IMG/VR virus record: IMGVR_UViG_3300025276_000021
DNA length: 64,000 bases
DNA from: a virus
Reading direction: 5' to 3' (one strand)
The notes below the pieces were generated by a model. That model was not told the origin of the DNA. It did no database searches and worked only from the letters and a program-made list of their open reading frames with translations. Every line of letters starts with the position of its first letter. Position 1 is the stretch's first letter. This document shows, piece by piece, positions 50,368 to 60,225 of this stretch. The translations under genes were made by a program, and so were the position numbers.

Positions 50368-51194
50368 TGGGAATATCTTTCTAATATCTGTTGTGCAAAC
50401 GAAAATCTTTTACCGAATGTTCCTGGTTGAGGTCTTTCATAATATTTTTCTACGGCATGCGTTGATTCTCTCAAACTATTGGATGCCTTAATTTTGCTAA
50501 ATGCTCTTTTCTCTTTGTTTCTAAATTCGTGCATAGACCATAATAATTGTGCTTCCATAGTTCTATAATTCATATCATTTGCAGTTGAGAAGCTTTTAAG
50601 ACCTGCGCGTCTATCACCTCTCCACTGAGCTAAACCAAACGCAGGTTTACCTAGATCGTTAGGATTTAAAATATCAGGTTCTATATTAGATTCCGCAGCG
50701 AAGTTTCCCACTATACCAGCACTTTGGTTTGGAGTAAATTGGTTTGCTAAATAAAAATTATACGCTTTCTCTCCATTTGCACTACCTAAAAGTTCTACAT
50801 TTCCTGTACCTTCATACGCAACAGTAGAGCCAGATGGGTGTTCGATTAAAGAGTAGCTTTCATCTGTACTTTTATTACCTTCAGTTTCTATCTTTTCAGT
50901 TGTATGTATTGATCCTATAACTAAAGGTAATTGCGAATTTTCGCCGTCCATGAAAATGCCATAAACTTGCGCACCATTTTGAATTTTTGCCATTTTGCCT
51001 ATGCCAGAAATGCCACCCTCGGTTGAAGGTATAACGACTTGTGCCCATGGTAATGCGCTGAGTGGTATATCTGTTAAATTTCTCGAATGTATGCCTCGGA
51101 TTCTAACTTGCAATCTACCCAATTTTAGTGGATCTTTGTTGCTTTCGACTATGCCAAGAAACCACCTATGATTATCTCCATAATACTCAATCAT
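50364..51194 (-). CDS. gp5 N-terminal OB-fold fused to a phage tail lysozyme (Phage_lysozyme2-like)
   Basis: WFLGIVE..DPLKLGRLQVRIRGIH...LPWA...FMDG...P.VIGS, then AGIVGNF.AES...GLAQW...YERP. Confidence 0.82.
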   Translation of the reverse strand: MIEYYGDNHRWFLGIVESNKDPLKLGRLQVRIRGIHSRNLTDIPLSALPWAQVVIPSTEGGISGIGKMAKIQNGAQVYGIFMDGENSQLPLVIGSIHTTEKIETEGNKSTDESYSLIEHPSGSTVAYEGTGNVELLGSANGEKAYNFYLANQFTPNQSAGIVGNFAAESNIEPDILNPNDLGKPAFGLAQWRGDRRAGLKSFSTANDMNYRTMEAQLLWSMHEFRNKEKRAFSKIKASNSLRESTHAVEKYYERPQPGTFGKRFSFAQQILERYSQ

Positions 51195-51206
51195 TTCATA
51201 AGTTTC

Positions 51207-52607
51207 CTATCCATTGGGCGCCCGACCTTCAGCAAGTTTAACGCAAGATAAGGACGCATTATATTCACGACCGGAAAAAATATGTCTGCAAGCATATATC
51301 ATATATGTTCCACTCTTAGTGTAGTCTTTATATTTGGTATCATTAGGATTTTCATCACCCTCAGATTGATCTTTACTGTTAAAAAAGCTAATGTTAATAT
51401 TGTTTCCTACTGTGACGTTCACATCCTTATATAAAAAATTTCTGCCCGTGACTGCTATCTCTATTGATGATTTGTCTAAGAGACCTTTTATAGATTTTTG
51501 TTTAGCTTTTAGAATATGACTTTTTTCATTTGCAGATTCTTGATAGCTGTAAATATCATCAGAATAAATATTAGATGTTGTTACTTGACTAATGAGTTTG
51601 GTGTCAAATTCGTGTGGTAATTTATCATCAACGATAGTTGTATTATCAATAAGAAATTCTCTTTGTAAATGGTTGTTTGATAATAAATTCTTTTCCTTTA
51701 AGTCTTTATACATTTCATTTGCATTAAGTTTTTCTTCATATACTTCACCAGTTAAAGTATCGACAAAATTATAAGTTGACGCCAACAATCCTCGTTGAGC
51801 AAATTTTAACTGACCGCTGGTTCTACTAGGATACACTGCACCGATAGAATACGATTGTGTATGCTTATCGTGCATTGCTAAACCACTAGCGTATGCTGGG
51901 CTATATGTGTAATCTAAAGTATCGTTATTTAACGCTGGAGATTGTATTACTTTTTCTAAGTCGAGATATCTAATTTTATCGTCAGCCATAGTAGAAAACA
52001 AATAATACGGCATTCCGTTTGCAGTTATGCCTCTATCTTTTACCCAAGCGCAAGCTTGTAGGGGTGTCATATTTGGAACGATAACTCGCATATAACCGTC
52101 ACTATGTATAGTAGAACTAACGTCCTTTAATTCTCGCCTTAAATGTTCTGCTAGAATTTTTCTAATTATTTGATCTGGAGTACCATCGTATGCCTTTGAG
52201 ACTTTTTTGAGTCTAGATACATATCCTATATCTTCTATAAATTTTACGGACATTACCTGATTGTGCGTATTACTCTTTACAATATTTTCAATCTCTGTAA
52301 CGATAAATTGTTTTTTTATAGTCAGTGAAGGAATTAATTCGTCCGTCATTAACTCTATAGTTATTCTTTCAGAACCCACAAAACCTATTACTCCAAGCAA
52401 ATCGAAGTTATCTAGAAATATCATTGAGCCTGTAAGATATGGCTTTTCAATATGTTCAAATATATTTATTTCGATACCGACAAGTTTTAATTCTATAGAG
52501 TTTGTAGGATTTTGTATTCTCTCACTCGAAACAGTCAAGCCAACTAGCTTGTAATCTGTCGATCCTACAGCTTCAAATTTTGGTGATTCTGTATTAGCTA
52601 TAGGCAT
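51207..52607 (-). CDS. Baseplate hub / tail protein (gp27-like position)
   Basis: INIFEHIEKPYLTG, IVPNMTP and SGTYMIYACRH motifs. It lies between gp53 and gp5. Confidence 0.6.
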   Translation of the reverse strand: MPIANTESPKFEAVGSTDYKLVGLTVSSERIQNPTNSIELKLVGIEINIFEHIEKPYLTGSMIFLDNFDLLGVIGFVGSERITIELMTDELIPSLTIKKQFIVTEIENIVKSNTHNQVMSVKFIEDIGYVSRLKKVSKAYDGTPDQIIRKILAEHLRRELKDVSSTIHSDGYMRVIVPNMTPLQACAWVKDRGITANGMPYYLFSTMADDKIRYLDLEKVIQSPALNNDTLDYTYSPAYASGLAMHDKHTQSYSIGAVYPSRTSGQLKFAQRGLLASTYNFVDTLTGEVYEEKLNANEMYKDLKEKNLLSNNHLQREFLIDNTTIVDDKLPHEFDTKLISQVTTSNIYSDDIYSYQESANEKSHILKAKQKSIKGLLDKSSIEIAVTGRNFLYKDVNVTVGNNINISFFNSKDQSEGDENPNDTKYKDYTKSGTYMIYACRHIFSGREYNASLSCVKLAEGRAPNG

Positions 52608-53338
52608 TAGCTACTTACCAAAGATTGCTTGTATAGCGTAAATATCCGACTTATTGCGCCTGGTCGTATTACTCTAATTTCCCTGTTCTTTTTATTTACT
52701 GCACTATGGTGATCTAAATTTGTGACTATAGCATATGAACCTGCTTCTCCAACAGACGGATCAACGTCAACCTGATTACCAGAAGCATCTATATAATACC
52801 TCAACGCAAGATGTTCTGAACGGTCTGTGCTTGCTTCTACAGTTACATATTTTGTAGAATTTCCTTGCTTTTGAACAACTTCGCCTGCTGCTGTAAATGC
52901 TTTAGTTCCTTGTATTACTATTTGACCTAAATCTAGATTTCTGCTAACTACAGTACCCGTTGTTCCAGATGTTTGACCTAAGACAATTTCTCCTGGAAGA
53001 AACTTATCAAAAAACTGATTTTTTGTAGTTAATACAGTATTTGTATATTTCTTTTTTACCCATGCAGTAAGTTCGGTTTCTCTTAATGGGAATCCATGCT
53101 TTTTTATATTGTCGTTCATACAATAAAACGTCCAGTAAAATTCTTGAGAACCATACAATTTAGATGAAAGAACATCCGCTCTTTCTCCTTCAAGAATCTC
53201 ATATTTTTCATAGAATGATGCAGTGTCTTTTAATTTATCAATTATATCAACATATGCTGAAAGATTTTGAATTACTGTTCCTTCAACTTCATTTCCAAAT
53301 CTATAAAGTTCTAAAGGGAAGTTATTAAAAAAACTCAT
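52607..53338 (-). CDS. gp53: Baseplate wedge subunit
   Basis: YEILEGERADVLSSKLYG...YWTF..MND (LysM-like) and REIRVIRP. Confidence 0.85.
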   Translation of the reverse strand: MSFFNNFPLELYRFGNEVEGTVIQNLSAYVDIIDKLKDTASFYEKYEILEGERADVLSSKLYGSQEFYWTFYCMNDNIKKHGFPLRETELTAWVKKKYTNTVLTTKNQFFDKFLPGEIVLGQTSGTTGTVVSRNLDLGQIVIQGTKAFTAAGEVVQKQGNSTKYVTVEASTDRSEHLALRYYIDASGNQVDVDPSVGEAGSYAIVTNLDHHSAVNKKNREIRVIRPGAISRIFTLYKQSLVSS

Positions 53339-54387
53339 TAGACTGCTCCATATGTAGGATCATCTCTGAATCCATTTAACATTGCGCCATATGCTCCAGA
53401 GCTAACATCTTTTCTAGACAACGCACGGGTTTCGATAAAGGTCAATGTCATTTCCACTTCAGAGAAATTTCCGTCTGAATGAAAGCCCATACCAGAAGAA
53501 TTATATGTATGCGTAAAATTTTTCAAATACATATCTAAAAATTTTACAGCAGGTCTTAGATGTTCTAGTTCTTTTTTTCCATACATTATTTTTGCTCTGA
53601 ATATAGGTGGAAATTTAAAGCCTACTGGCACTTGACTTCCTGAAATCGTATCTAGAATTTCTTCTGGATATAAAAATTCTCTAAATGTTTGCACGATCAT
53701 TTCTATTTGTTTTGCTTCCTCAGCACTTTCTGGTACCATTTTAAAAGTCCAACTTGGCTCTCTTATATTTACGCCAGAGAAAATTGCTCTCATATTAGGA
53801 TTGGGCGCAACTTGCAAAGAATTAGTTACAGCACTACTGATTCCATCGCCTGCGCCTCTTGATAGTCTAGCTAGACCAACTTTTGCAACATCACTCGTAG
53901 CATCAAAGCTAGTAAAGGCGTTAGCTATCGATGCTCCTATAGCTTCCATAGCTGCTGGAATAGCGCCAGTGCCTGAGTTCATAGCTTGATTTATTACGCC
54001 GCCTACATATCCTAAAGACTGATTTTCAAATGTTACGGTATCGCTAATTTGAATTTGCTGCGGTAAAAAAAGCTTCACTCTTGCCATTGGAATATTGCTT
54101 ATATGCAATTTTGATGTAAGTGCATCATTTGCAAATTTTGCTCCAGCAGCGGCATTCTCTCTCGCCAGTCGTTCTGCTTTAGCCGCGGCAGAGGGTCCTC
54201 GCAATCCGTCATCAACAGGATTTGTAATTTCTACGGAATTATTATCTGTTGAACTTAGTGAATTTTTTGCTGCCTTAATTCGCGTAGTGTTCAGGCTTGG
54301 CGGCGTGACTTTGTGGACCGAAAAGATGATCCTCGCTTTATACTTATTTTCGTCTGATAGTGGATATTGAAAATTAAGTGGAGACAT
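53338..54387 (-). CDS. gp48: Baseplate tail-tube cap
   Basis: LFLP, NPNMRAIFSGV..R...TFKMVPES.EEA..I and MTLTFIE. Start reassigned to MSPLNF at 54387. Confidence 0.75.
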   Translation of the reverse strand: MSPLNFQYPLSDENKYKARIIFSVHKVTPPSLNTTRIKAAKNSLSSTDNNSVEITNPVDDGLRGPSAAAKAERLARENAAAGAKFANDALTSKLHISNIPMARVKLFLPQQIQISDTVTFENQSLGYVGGVINQAMNSGTGAIPAAMEAIGASIANAFTSFDATSDVAKVGLARLSRGAGDGISSAVTNSLQVAPNPNMRAIFSGVNIREPSWTFKMVPESAEEAKQIEMIVQTFREFLYPEEILDTISGSQVPVGFKFPPIFRAKIMYGKKELEHLRPAVKFLDMYLKNFTHTYNSSGMGFHSDGNFSEVEMTLTFIETRALSRKDVSSGAYGAMLNGFRDDPTYGAV

Positions 54388-54400
54388 GTGATAATACCTA

Positions 54401-54430
54401 GATAAATAAAAGAATACTTTATTATTTATA
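54401..54430. promoter_or_regulatory. Overlapping late promoters between the divergent genes gp48 and gp4
   Basis: TATAAATA on the minus strand at 54423-54430 and a variant GATAAATA on the plus strand at 54401-54408. Confidence 0.65.
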
Positions 54431-54438
54431 AGAGAAAC

Positions 54439-54939
54439 ATGAAAACACATCAGGGCAAATATAAAATAAAGAATCGGGCAAAGTACAAAGGCAATCCTGA
54501 TAATGTGATGTATCGGTCGGGATGGGAACTGTATGCGTTCATATGGTGTGATACACAAGATCGAATTTTAGAATGGTCGAGCGAGGAAGTTGTGATACCG
54601 TACTTTTATGATGTTGATAAAAGATACCATAGATACTTTATGGATTTAAAAATCAAAACTACTGATGGTGTTCTGTTGGTCGAGATAAAGCCTGCTGTTC
54701 AAACTGTTCCACCTAAATTCACAGGTAAGAAAACTAAAAGATATATCAACGAAGGAATGTCTTATGTGAAGAATATGAATAAATGGACAGCCGCAGAATC
54801 TTATGCAAAAGACCGTGGTTGGAAATTTGCTATATGGACAGAGAAAGAATTAACATCAATGGGAATTATGCCAAAACAACCAAAGAAGTTGAAACCTTTA
54901 AAGCCCTTGCCGAAGATGAAAAAAACTAAACGTCATTAA
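54439..54939 (+). CDS. gp4: Head completion nuclease
   Basis: KYKGNP..VMYRSGWE...WSSEEVVIPY...HRYFMD...VEIKP...KWTAA...WTEKEL. Confidence 0.9.
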   Translation: MKTHQGKYKIKNRAKYKGNPDNVMYRSGWELYAFIWCDTQDRILEWSSEEVVIPYFYDVDKRYHRYFMDLKIKTTDGVLLVEIKPAVQTVPPKFTGKKTKRYINEGMSYVKNMNKWTAAESYAKDRGWKFAIWTEKELTSMGIMPKQPKKLKPLKPLPKMKKTKRH

Positions 54940-54944
54940 ATTCA

Positions 54945-54952
54945 TATAAATA
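54945..54952 (+). promoter_or_regulatory. T4-type late promoter TATAAATA
   Basis: Exact motif upstream of gp2. Confidence 0.75.
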
Positions 54953-54979
54953 ATAGAATAAAATTGAAAGTATTATCGC

Positions 54980-55564
54980 ATGGCTAACTTATTTCAGAAC
55001 CTTCAAAAGCAAGCATTCCGCGCAGGCATCACGCCGCGGTCCAAGGAATCTGTTGCTTGGTTTCAAAATAAAATAAAAGATATGAAAACAGTCAACCGTA
55101 GAAAATTGATGAATGAAGATCCTGTAGAGTTGAGAAATAGACAAGCTTTAGGAAGTATGTATATGTATTTCTATGATCCTAAGCATAAAGAGACTCTGCC
55201 ATATTACGACAGTTTTCCGTTGACTATAATTGTTGGTAAAGCAAAAGGCGGATTTACAGGATTAAATTTACATTATTTGCCAATGACATTACGCGCAAAA
55301 TTTTTAGATGAATTGATGGGCATTACAAATAATAAGAAATATAATGACACTACAAGATTTCAAGCAAGTTATGAGTTGCTGAATAAAGCTGCTAGGTTTA
55401 AATATTTCAAGCCTTGCTTTAAAATGTATTTGGGAAAGCATGTACGGAGTAGATTTGCATATGTTCCTCCAAGTGAGTGGGAAATAGCGACTTTTCTACC
55501 AACACAAGATTTTCAAAAAGCATCTGCGCGAACTGTATATGCAGAATCAAGAAAGATGATATAA
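54980..55564 (+). CDS. gp2: DNA end protector protein
   Basis: MYMYFYDPKHKETLPYYDSFPL...GLNLHYLP...PCFKMYL. Confidence 0.9.
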   Translation: MANLFQNLQKQAFRAGITPRSKESVAWFQNKIKDMKTVNRRKLMNEDPVELRNRQALGSMYMYFYDPKHKETLPYYDSFPLTIIVGKAKGGFTGLNLHYLPMTLRAKFLDELMGITNNKKYNDTTRFQASYELLNKAARFKYFKPCFKMYLGKHVRSRFAYVPPSEWEIATFLPTQDFQKASARTVYAESRKMI

Positions 55565-56148
55565 TGCCACAATCTTATAATCTAGATCAATTTAAAGGCG
55601 CTATTCATAAGGGTATCGCTAGAACAAATCAGTGGCTAGTAGAACTTCCTAATATTCCAGGCAGTCCTGAAATGACTGCAAGTGATTTGAATTTGTTATG
55701 TAAAGGTGTCACACTCCCAGGACGTCAAATTATGAGTTTAGACCATACGATAGGACTAAAGACTGTTAAAATAGCAAATGGCTTTGCAAGTGAGGATGTG
55801 AATATAAGCTTTCATGTAACTAACGATTATGGCATAAAGAAATATTTTGAAGCATGGCAAAGCCTTGCCGTAAATAAAGACACATATGAATTAGGATATA
55901 AAAAGACATATGGAAAACAAGTTACAATAAAACAACTTGCGAGAGATCCTAAAAAGACATCCTATACAAATAACCCCTATCGTATAATTCCTGGAGGCTT
56001 TGACGCGAGTGACAATAAAGTGATCTATACTTGTGTGTTGGAACAAGCATTTCCAACCACATTAAATTCTATTGAATTGAATAACGATCTTGACGGATTA
56101 GTCGAGATTTCTTTACAATTATCATACAGTGACTGGAGAAGTATATAA
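55564..56148 (+). CDS. Tail tube initiator / tail tube-like protein (gp54/gp19 family)
   Basis: GIARTN, LLCKGVTLPGRQI, YFEAWQ and LEQAFPTT. Start reassigned to MPQSY at 55564, which overlaps the gp2 stop as TAATG. Confidence 0.75.
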   Translation: MPQSYNLDQFKGAIHKGIARTNQWLVELPNIPGSPEMTASDLNLLCKGVTLPGRQIMSLDHTIGLKTVKIANGFASEDVNISFHVTNDYGIKKYFEAWQSLAVNKDTYELGYKKTYGKQVTIKQLARDPKKTSYTNNPYRIIPGGFDASDNKVIYTCVLEQAFPTTLNSIELNNDLDGLVEISLQLSYSDWRSI

Positions 56149-56853
56149 ATGGCACTACCTAGATTAAACGATAAACCAAAATACGACCTTGTTATTCCAT
56201 CAACAGGACAGCAAGTGAGATTTAGACCGTATTTGGTAAAAGAAGAAAAAGTTCTTATGATGGCTATTGAATCAAAAGATCAGGCTCAGGCATTGAATGC
56301 CGTAGTAGATACGCTAGAGGCATGTATCGAAGATATCATTGATAAGAGCGTCTTAAAAGTATTTGATATCGAATATATGTTCCTTATGATCCGTTCGAAA
56401 TCAGTAGGCGAAACAAGCACCGTCACAGTAAAATGCAAAGACTGCGAAGCTGAAAACGAACTAGTGATTCCTTTAAGTGATATACCCGTACCAAAGATCG
56501 AACATGATGGTATGATTCAGATCGAAAGTGATATCACACTTAAAATGGGATATCCTGTTTGGACAGATATGCTGAATATGCAGGAAGAAGGTAAAAGTGA
56601 AACAGAGCAAACATTCGCTATGATAGCTGCTTGCTGTAATGTGCTTGAGACTGCTAAAGAACGATTCGATTTGAAAGATGAACCTTTATCTGAGATTGAA
56701 AATTTTATTGATTCGCTCTCATCCTCACAATTCGAAAAAATAAAAGATTTTGTGCAGAATATGCCTAGACTCGAAAAAGATGTAAGTTTTGATTGTCAAA
56801 GTTGTGCTGCAAAAAATGAAATGATGTTAAGGGGTCTTGATGATTTTTTTTAA
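56149..56853 (+). CDS. gp26: Baseplate hub assembly protein
   Basis: MALP...PKY.L.IPSTG..VRFRPYLVKEEKVL...DIEYMFL.IRSKSVGE, two CxxC motifs and a GLDDFF end. Confidence 0.9.
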   Translation: MALPRLNDKPKYDLVIPSTGQQVRFRPYLVKEEKVLMMAIESKDQAQALNAVVDTLEACIEDIIDKSVLKVFDIEYMFLMIRSKSVGETSTVTVKCKDCEAENELVIPLSDIPVPKIEHDGMIQIESDITLKMGYPVWTDMLNMQEEGKSETEQTFAMIAACCNVLETAKERFDLKDEPLSEIENFIDSLSSSQFEKIKDFVQNMPRLEKDVSFDCQSCAAKNEMMLRGLDDFF

Positions 56854-57038
56854 TAGCTCTTTCCCACGATAATCTTATAAATCATTATAGGATAAACTTT
56901 AGGCTAATGCACGAACACAAGTATTCGTTAACTGAAGTTGAACATATGATGCCCTGGGAAAGAGAAGTTTATATTTCGTTATTGGTACAATATATTGAGG
57001 AAGAAAATGAAAGAATGAAAAACCAACAAAGTAAATAG
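56850..57038 (+). CDS. gp51: Baseplate hub assembly chaperone gp51 (missed by the ORF track; probably reached by -1 frameshift from gp26)
   Basis: The frame reads LIALSHDNLINHYRINFRLMHEHKYSLTEVEHMMPWEREVYISLL. The first ATG is only at 56907. Confidence 0.8.
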   Translation, partial: LIALSHDNLINHYRINFRLMHEHKYSLTEVEHMMPWEREVYISLLVQYIEEENERMKNQQSK

Positions 57039-57047
57039 GATTATTAG

Positions 57048-59039
57048 ATGGCATTTGTAGACGTAGCAGCCGATCTTAGATTAAGACGCGATAATATTGA
57101 GGCGATTGAAAATGTAAAACAGTCGGTCGATAAGGGTATGAAAGAACTGTCCCGAGAAATCAAAGATTTGAAAATGACTGGTATAACTCTAGCAATGCCA
57201 GGTATCAATACATTGTCGAAGATGGTGAAAAATCTCGGATCGTTTATGTCCGGATTAATTATGAATAATCCTGTCTCTAATTTACTTGCTGGTTTTCGTG
57301 ATGCATTGCTTTCTCCATTTCTGTTAATTAAGTCTGCATTCACTAATGTTATCATGTCTATAAAGTCTGTAGGAACAGCAATAACAGATAGCGTAAAATC
57401 AGTATTCAGCACAATAGGTGGCATTCTTCTTTTTCCTTTCAGGGCAATAGCAGGATTGTTTACTAAAAAGACTGAATGGGATAAAATGATTGCTGTTTTA
57501 ATTCCACCACTTCAGTTGATGTTCAAGAATTTAGCAGACTCTATAAATGAAACACTTGTAATATTGTTTACTCAGGCTTTTGGCGGTAATCAGAATAGTT
57601 CATTAGACGATTTAGAGGCTGAGCGCGATAGAAGAAATGCATTAAGAGCAACGCCTAGCACTAGTCCCAGTACGACAGTTCCAACTTCTGGAAATAACTC
57701 AGGGTTACTTGGCATGCTGGGAGGATTACTAGGTGGAATCTTAAAGTTACCTTTAGTGGGTCTTGGTGTAGCTATTGCTGCTATGTTGACGGGTTGGGGA
57801 GACGAAATTCGGGCTGCTCTCACGGGAGTAATAGAAAATACATTAAAAACTATAAGGTGGATTATACGGGCGCCAGGTAGAGCGTTTGATGCAATGAAGC
57901 TTGCTATTTCTGCGGGGATTGCGAAATTTACACAAGGTCCTAGAATGCAAAAGATTGTAGGTTTTTTCTCCGATCTCGGTGGTAGAATTTCTGCATTGTT
58001 TCAGCGTGTAATGTCGCCCTTTAAAAAAGTAGGCGATGCTTTGAGATTTATGGGAGGTAAGATAAGAGGTCTACTCGCTATATTAGCAAAGCCTCTAGCA
58101 TTTTTAGGTAAACTAATGCGAATTTTAAGACTAAATCCAATTACTGGAGTTATTTTTACATTAATTGATTTTGTCGTTGGATTTTTTAATGGTTTTAAAA
58201 ACTCTGACGCTAACGCTACAATAGGCGAAAAGCTTATGAATGGCATCAAGGGCGGAATCATAGGTATTATTAAAGGACTTACCGCAATATTCGATCTTAT
58301 AGTATTTAAACTGCCTGGATGGATTCTAGGCTGGTTAGGCTTTGAAGATATGAAGAATTATTTAATGAACCTAGACTTATACGAAATTATTGCAGATACG
58401 TTTACTTGGATAGTTGACACTTTCAAAAAAATTCCAGAACTTGTAGACAATATGACTGCTTGGATGAAAGGTGCGTTTAACTACGCAGTAGATATTTTTA
58501 AATTTGCATATGACTTTATGGCTTTAAAATTTGAAATTCTGACCAACAACATAAAACTGGGCGCTCTGATAATAAAAAACGCAGTTATGAATATGTTCGA
58601 AACTATTGCAAATATATTCTTAAATCTTAAAGACAGAATACTTTTAGGTGCATATAAAAATCTGAAATTTAGCTTACCGAAAATTCAACTAAAAGTTCCA
58701 GATTGGGTGCCAGGCATTGGCGGATCAACTACTACTCTGCTATCAGGTGGATCATTTGGTCTTGATGGTACTGGTAGTAGAGCCGCTGCAGTTGAATCTC
58801 GTATGAGACAGAGAGGTTTTGCCGAGACCGGGAGACAAAATAGTAGAGCAGCGATGGAAGATAGACTACTTACAAAATTGAGTAAACAAAAAGGTGAATT
58901 GGAATCTATGAAAGGACCAACATTTGTAGTTGCGCCGACAAGTAACCAATCAACTTCGAATAGTAGTTCAACTATAATGAATACTCCATCCGTAGCGCGT
59001 TCAACAGACACTTCGGATGGAGCAGTTGTTGTACGCTAG
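57048..59039 (+). CDS. Tape-measure-like / gp29-like tail length determinant
   Basis: Long amphipathic, helical Gly/Ile/Phe-rich protein directly after gp26/gp51, with an S/T-rich C-terminus. Confidence 0.6.
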   Translation: MAFVDVAADLRLRRDNIEAIENVKQSVDKGMKELSREIKDLKMTGITLAMPGINTLSKMVKNLGSFMSGLIMNNPVSNLLAGFRDALLSPFLLIKSAFTNVIMSIKSVGTAITDSVKSVFSTIGGILLFPFRAIAGLFTKKTEWDKMIAVLIPPLQLMFKNLADSINETLVILFTQAFGGNQNSSLDDLEAERDRRNALRATPSTSPSTTVPTSGNNSGLLGMLGGLLGGILKLPLVGLGVAIAAMLTGWGDEIRAALTGVIENTLKTIRWIIRAPGRAFDAMKLAISAGIAKFTQGPRMQKIVGFFSDLGGRISALFQRVMSPFKKVGDALRFMGGKIRGLLAILAKPLAFLGKLMRILRLNPITGVIFTLIDFVVGFFNGFKNSDANATIGEKLMNGIKGGIIGIIKGLTAIFDLIVFKLPGWILGWLGFEDMKNYLMNLDLYEIIADTFTWIVDTFKKIPELVDNMTAWMKGAFNYAVDIFKFAYDFMALKFEILTNNIKLGALIIKNAVMNMFETIANIFLNLKDRILLGAYKNLKFSLPKIQLKVPDWVPGIGGSTTTLLSGGSFGLDGTGSRAAAVESRMRQRGFAETGRQNSRAAMEDRLLTKLSKQKGELESMKGPTFVVAPTSNQSTSNSSSTIMNTPSVARSTDTSDGAVVVR

Positions 59040-59933
59040 TTAATCGTCGTTTACTAAACTAGCGAAATAGTTCATGGTATCGTCACCACCATCATCTGTT
59101 GTAGCTGCAGTTACCGGCTCTGGTGCAGGTGTGCTACGCATAGTAGGAGCAGGAGCCTCTTCACCAAGGCTACGCTCTTGAGCTATCGTGGGCTGTGTAG
59201 TCGTACCTAAGACAGAGTGCATTTTAGATTCTAACTCAGCATAAGATTTATACTTTGTTGGATCCGTAAACTCGCCCAGATCATGCAAGTTGTTATAGAT
59301 GCTTTCTAGCTTTTCATCATCCTCAGACAAAGGACGAGGTGAAGAAAATTCAGATTTATCATAATTACGATAACCCTCAACGTCACGAATTTTCAGTTTA
59401 AAGTCTGCGCCTTCCCAGAAATCAAATGGGTTCATTGGAGTTTCATCTGCAAACTCTGGCTGCATAGCATCCATAACTTTGTCGAAGATTTTCTTTCCGA
59501 ATTGAAACATGAAAGTCTTGCCTTCGTTAGCTGGATTACCAGGGTCTGAAACTACCATGATATTTGAAACGTGATGCAACCGACGTTTTTGCCGACGTGC
59601 TGTTTCTTTGTCAGCTTCCATGCCAGAGTTCCAAAGTTTACTATTCATTTGACCTACAGGATCTTCACCATCAATAGAAGTCAAAGACTTTTCAATATAC
59701 CATTTACCTGTTGGACCCTTAAAAGCATGATCCCAGTATTTTGCCCACGGCAAATCAGAACCTTCATTAGCTGGGAGAAAGCGAATAACTGCATAGCCAT
59801 TATTCTGTTTATCGACAGTGGGTTTCCACATACGATCATCAACATAAGATTTTGTTGTTGATTGTGAAGCCTGCGCGGCTGCGGTTAGTTTATCAATCGT
59901 ATTACGACTGCGTTTTAGATTTGCAAAAGACAT
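59040..59933 (-). CDS. gp32: Single-stranded DNA-binding protein
   Basis: DDRMWKP.VDK..NGYAVIRFLP, GPTGKWYIE, FGKKIFDK, NPFDFWEGADFKLKIR...NYDKSEF and an acidic tail. Confidence 0.95.
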   Translation of the reverse strand: MSFANLKRSRNTIDKLTAAAQASQSTTKSYVDDRMWKPTVDKQNNGYAVIRFLPANEGSDLPWAKYWDHAFKGPTGKWYIEKSLTSIDGEDPVGQMNSKLWNSGMEADKETARRQKRRLHHVSNIMVVSDPGNPANEGKTFMFQFGKKIFDKVMDAMQPEFADETPMNPFDFWEGADFKLKIRDVEGYRNYDKSEFSSPRPLSEDDEKLESIYNNLHDLGEFTDPTKYKSYAELESKMHSVLGTTTQPTIAQERSLGEEAPAPTMRSTPAPEPVTAATTDDGGDDTMNYFASLVNDD

Positions 59934-59988
59934 GTATATGTTCCTTATATTTGCTGAATTATAACTGTATTATTTTTAGTATAACTGT

Positions 59989-60017
59989 ATTATAGCAGAT
60001 TTTGTGTTGTGTGTCAA
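59989..60017 (-). promoter_or_regulatory. Sigma70 consensus promoter for gp32
   Basis: TTGACA (60017-60012), 17-bp spacer, TATAAT (59994-59989). Confidence 0.8.
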
Positions 60018-60029
60018 TAGTATTATTTA

Positions 60030-60224
60030 TCACTTTCGTTGAAACATAATTGTTTCTTTACCTGTGTCTGGGTTTACAGATGGAATTGCAACATGACCTT
60101 CAGGCACAGATTGTGTTCCTACATACTGCCATGTATTGCCCGCTGCACTATTTGCAGGACCAGCAGCGAAAAACTCCTCATTATCATTCAGAAAGAGCAT
60201 TGTAATCATAATTAGTTCAAACAT
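60030..60224 (-). CDS. Small hypothetical protein with a hydrophobic N-terminus
   Basis: 64-aa ORF in the operon, with an AAGGGA RBS. Confidence 0.6.
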   Translation of the reverse strand: MFELIMITMLFLNDNEEFFAAGPANSAAGNTWQYVGTQSVPEGHVAIPSVNPDTGKETIMFQRK

Positions 60225-60225
60225 T

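Noticed and set aside
54388-54558. N-terminal extension of gp48 given in the ORF track
   Set aside because: It overlaps gp4 on the opposite strand and spans the late promoters. The ATG at 54387 is more plausible.
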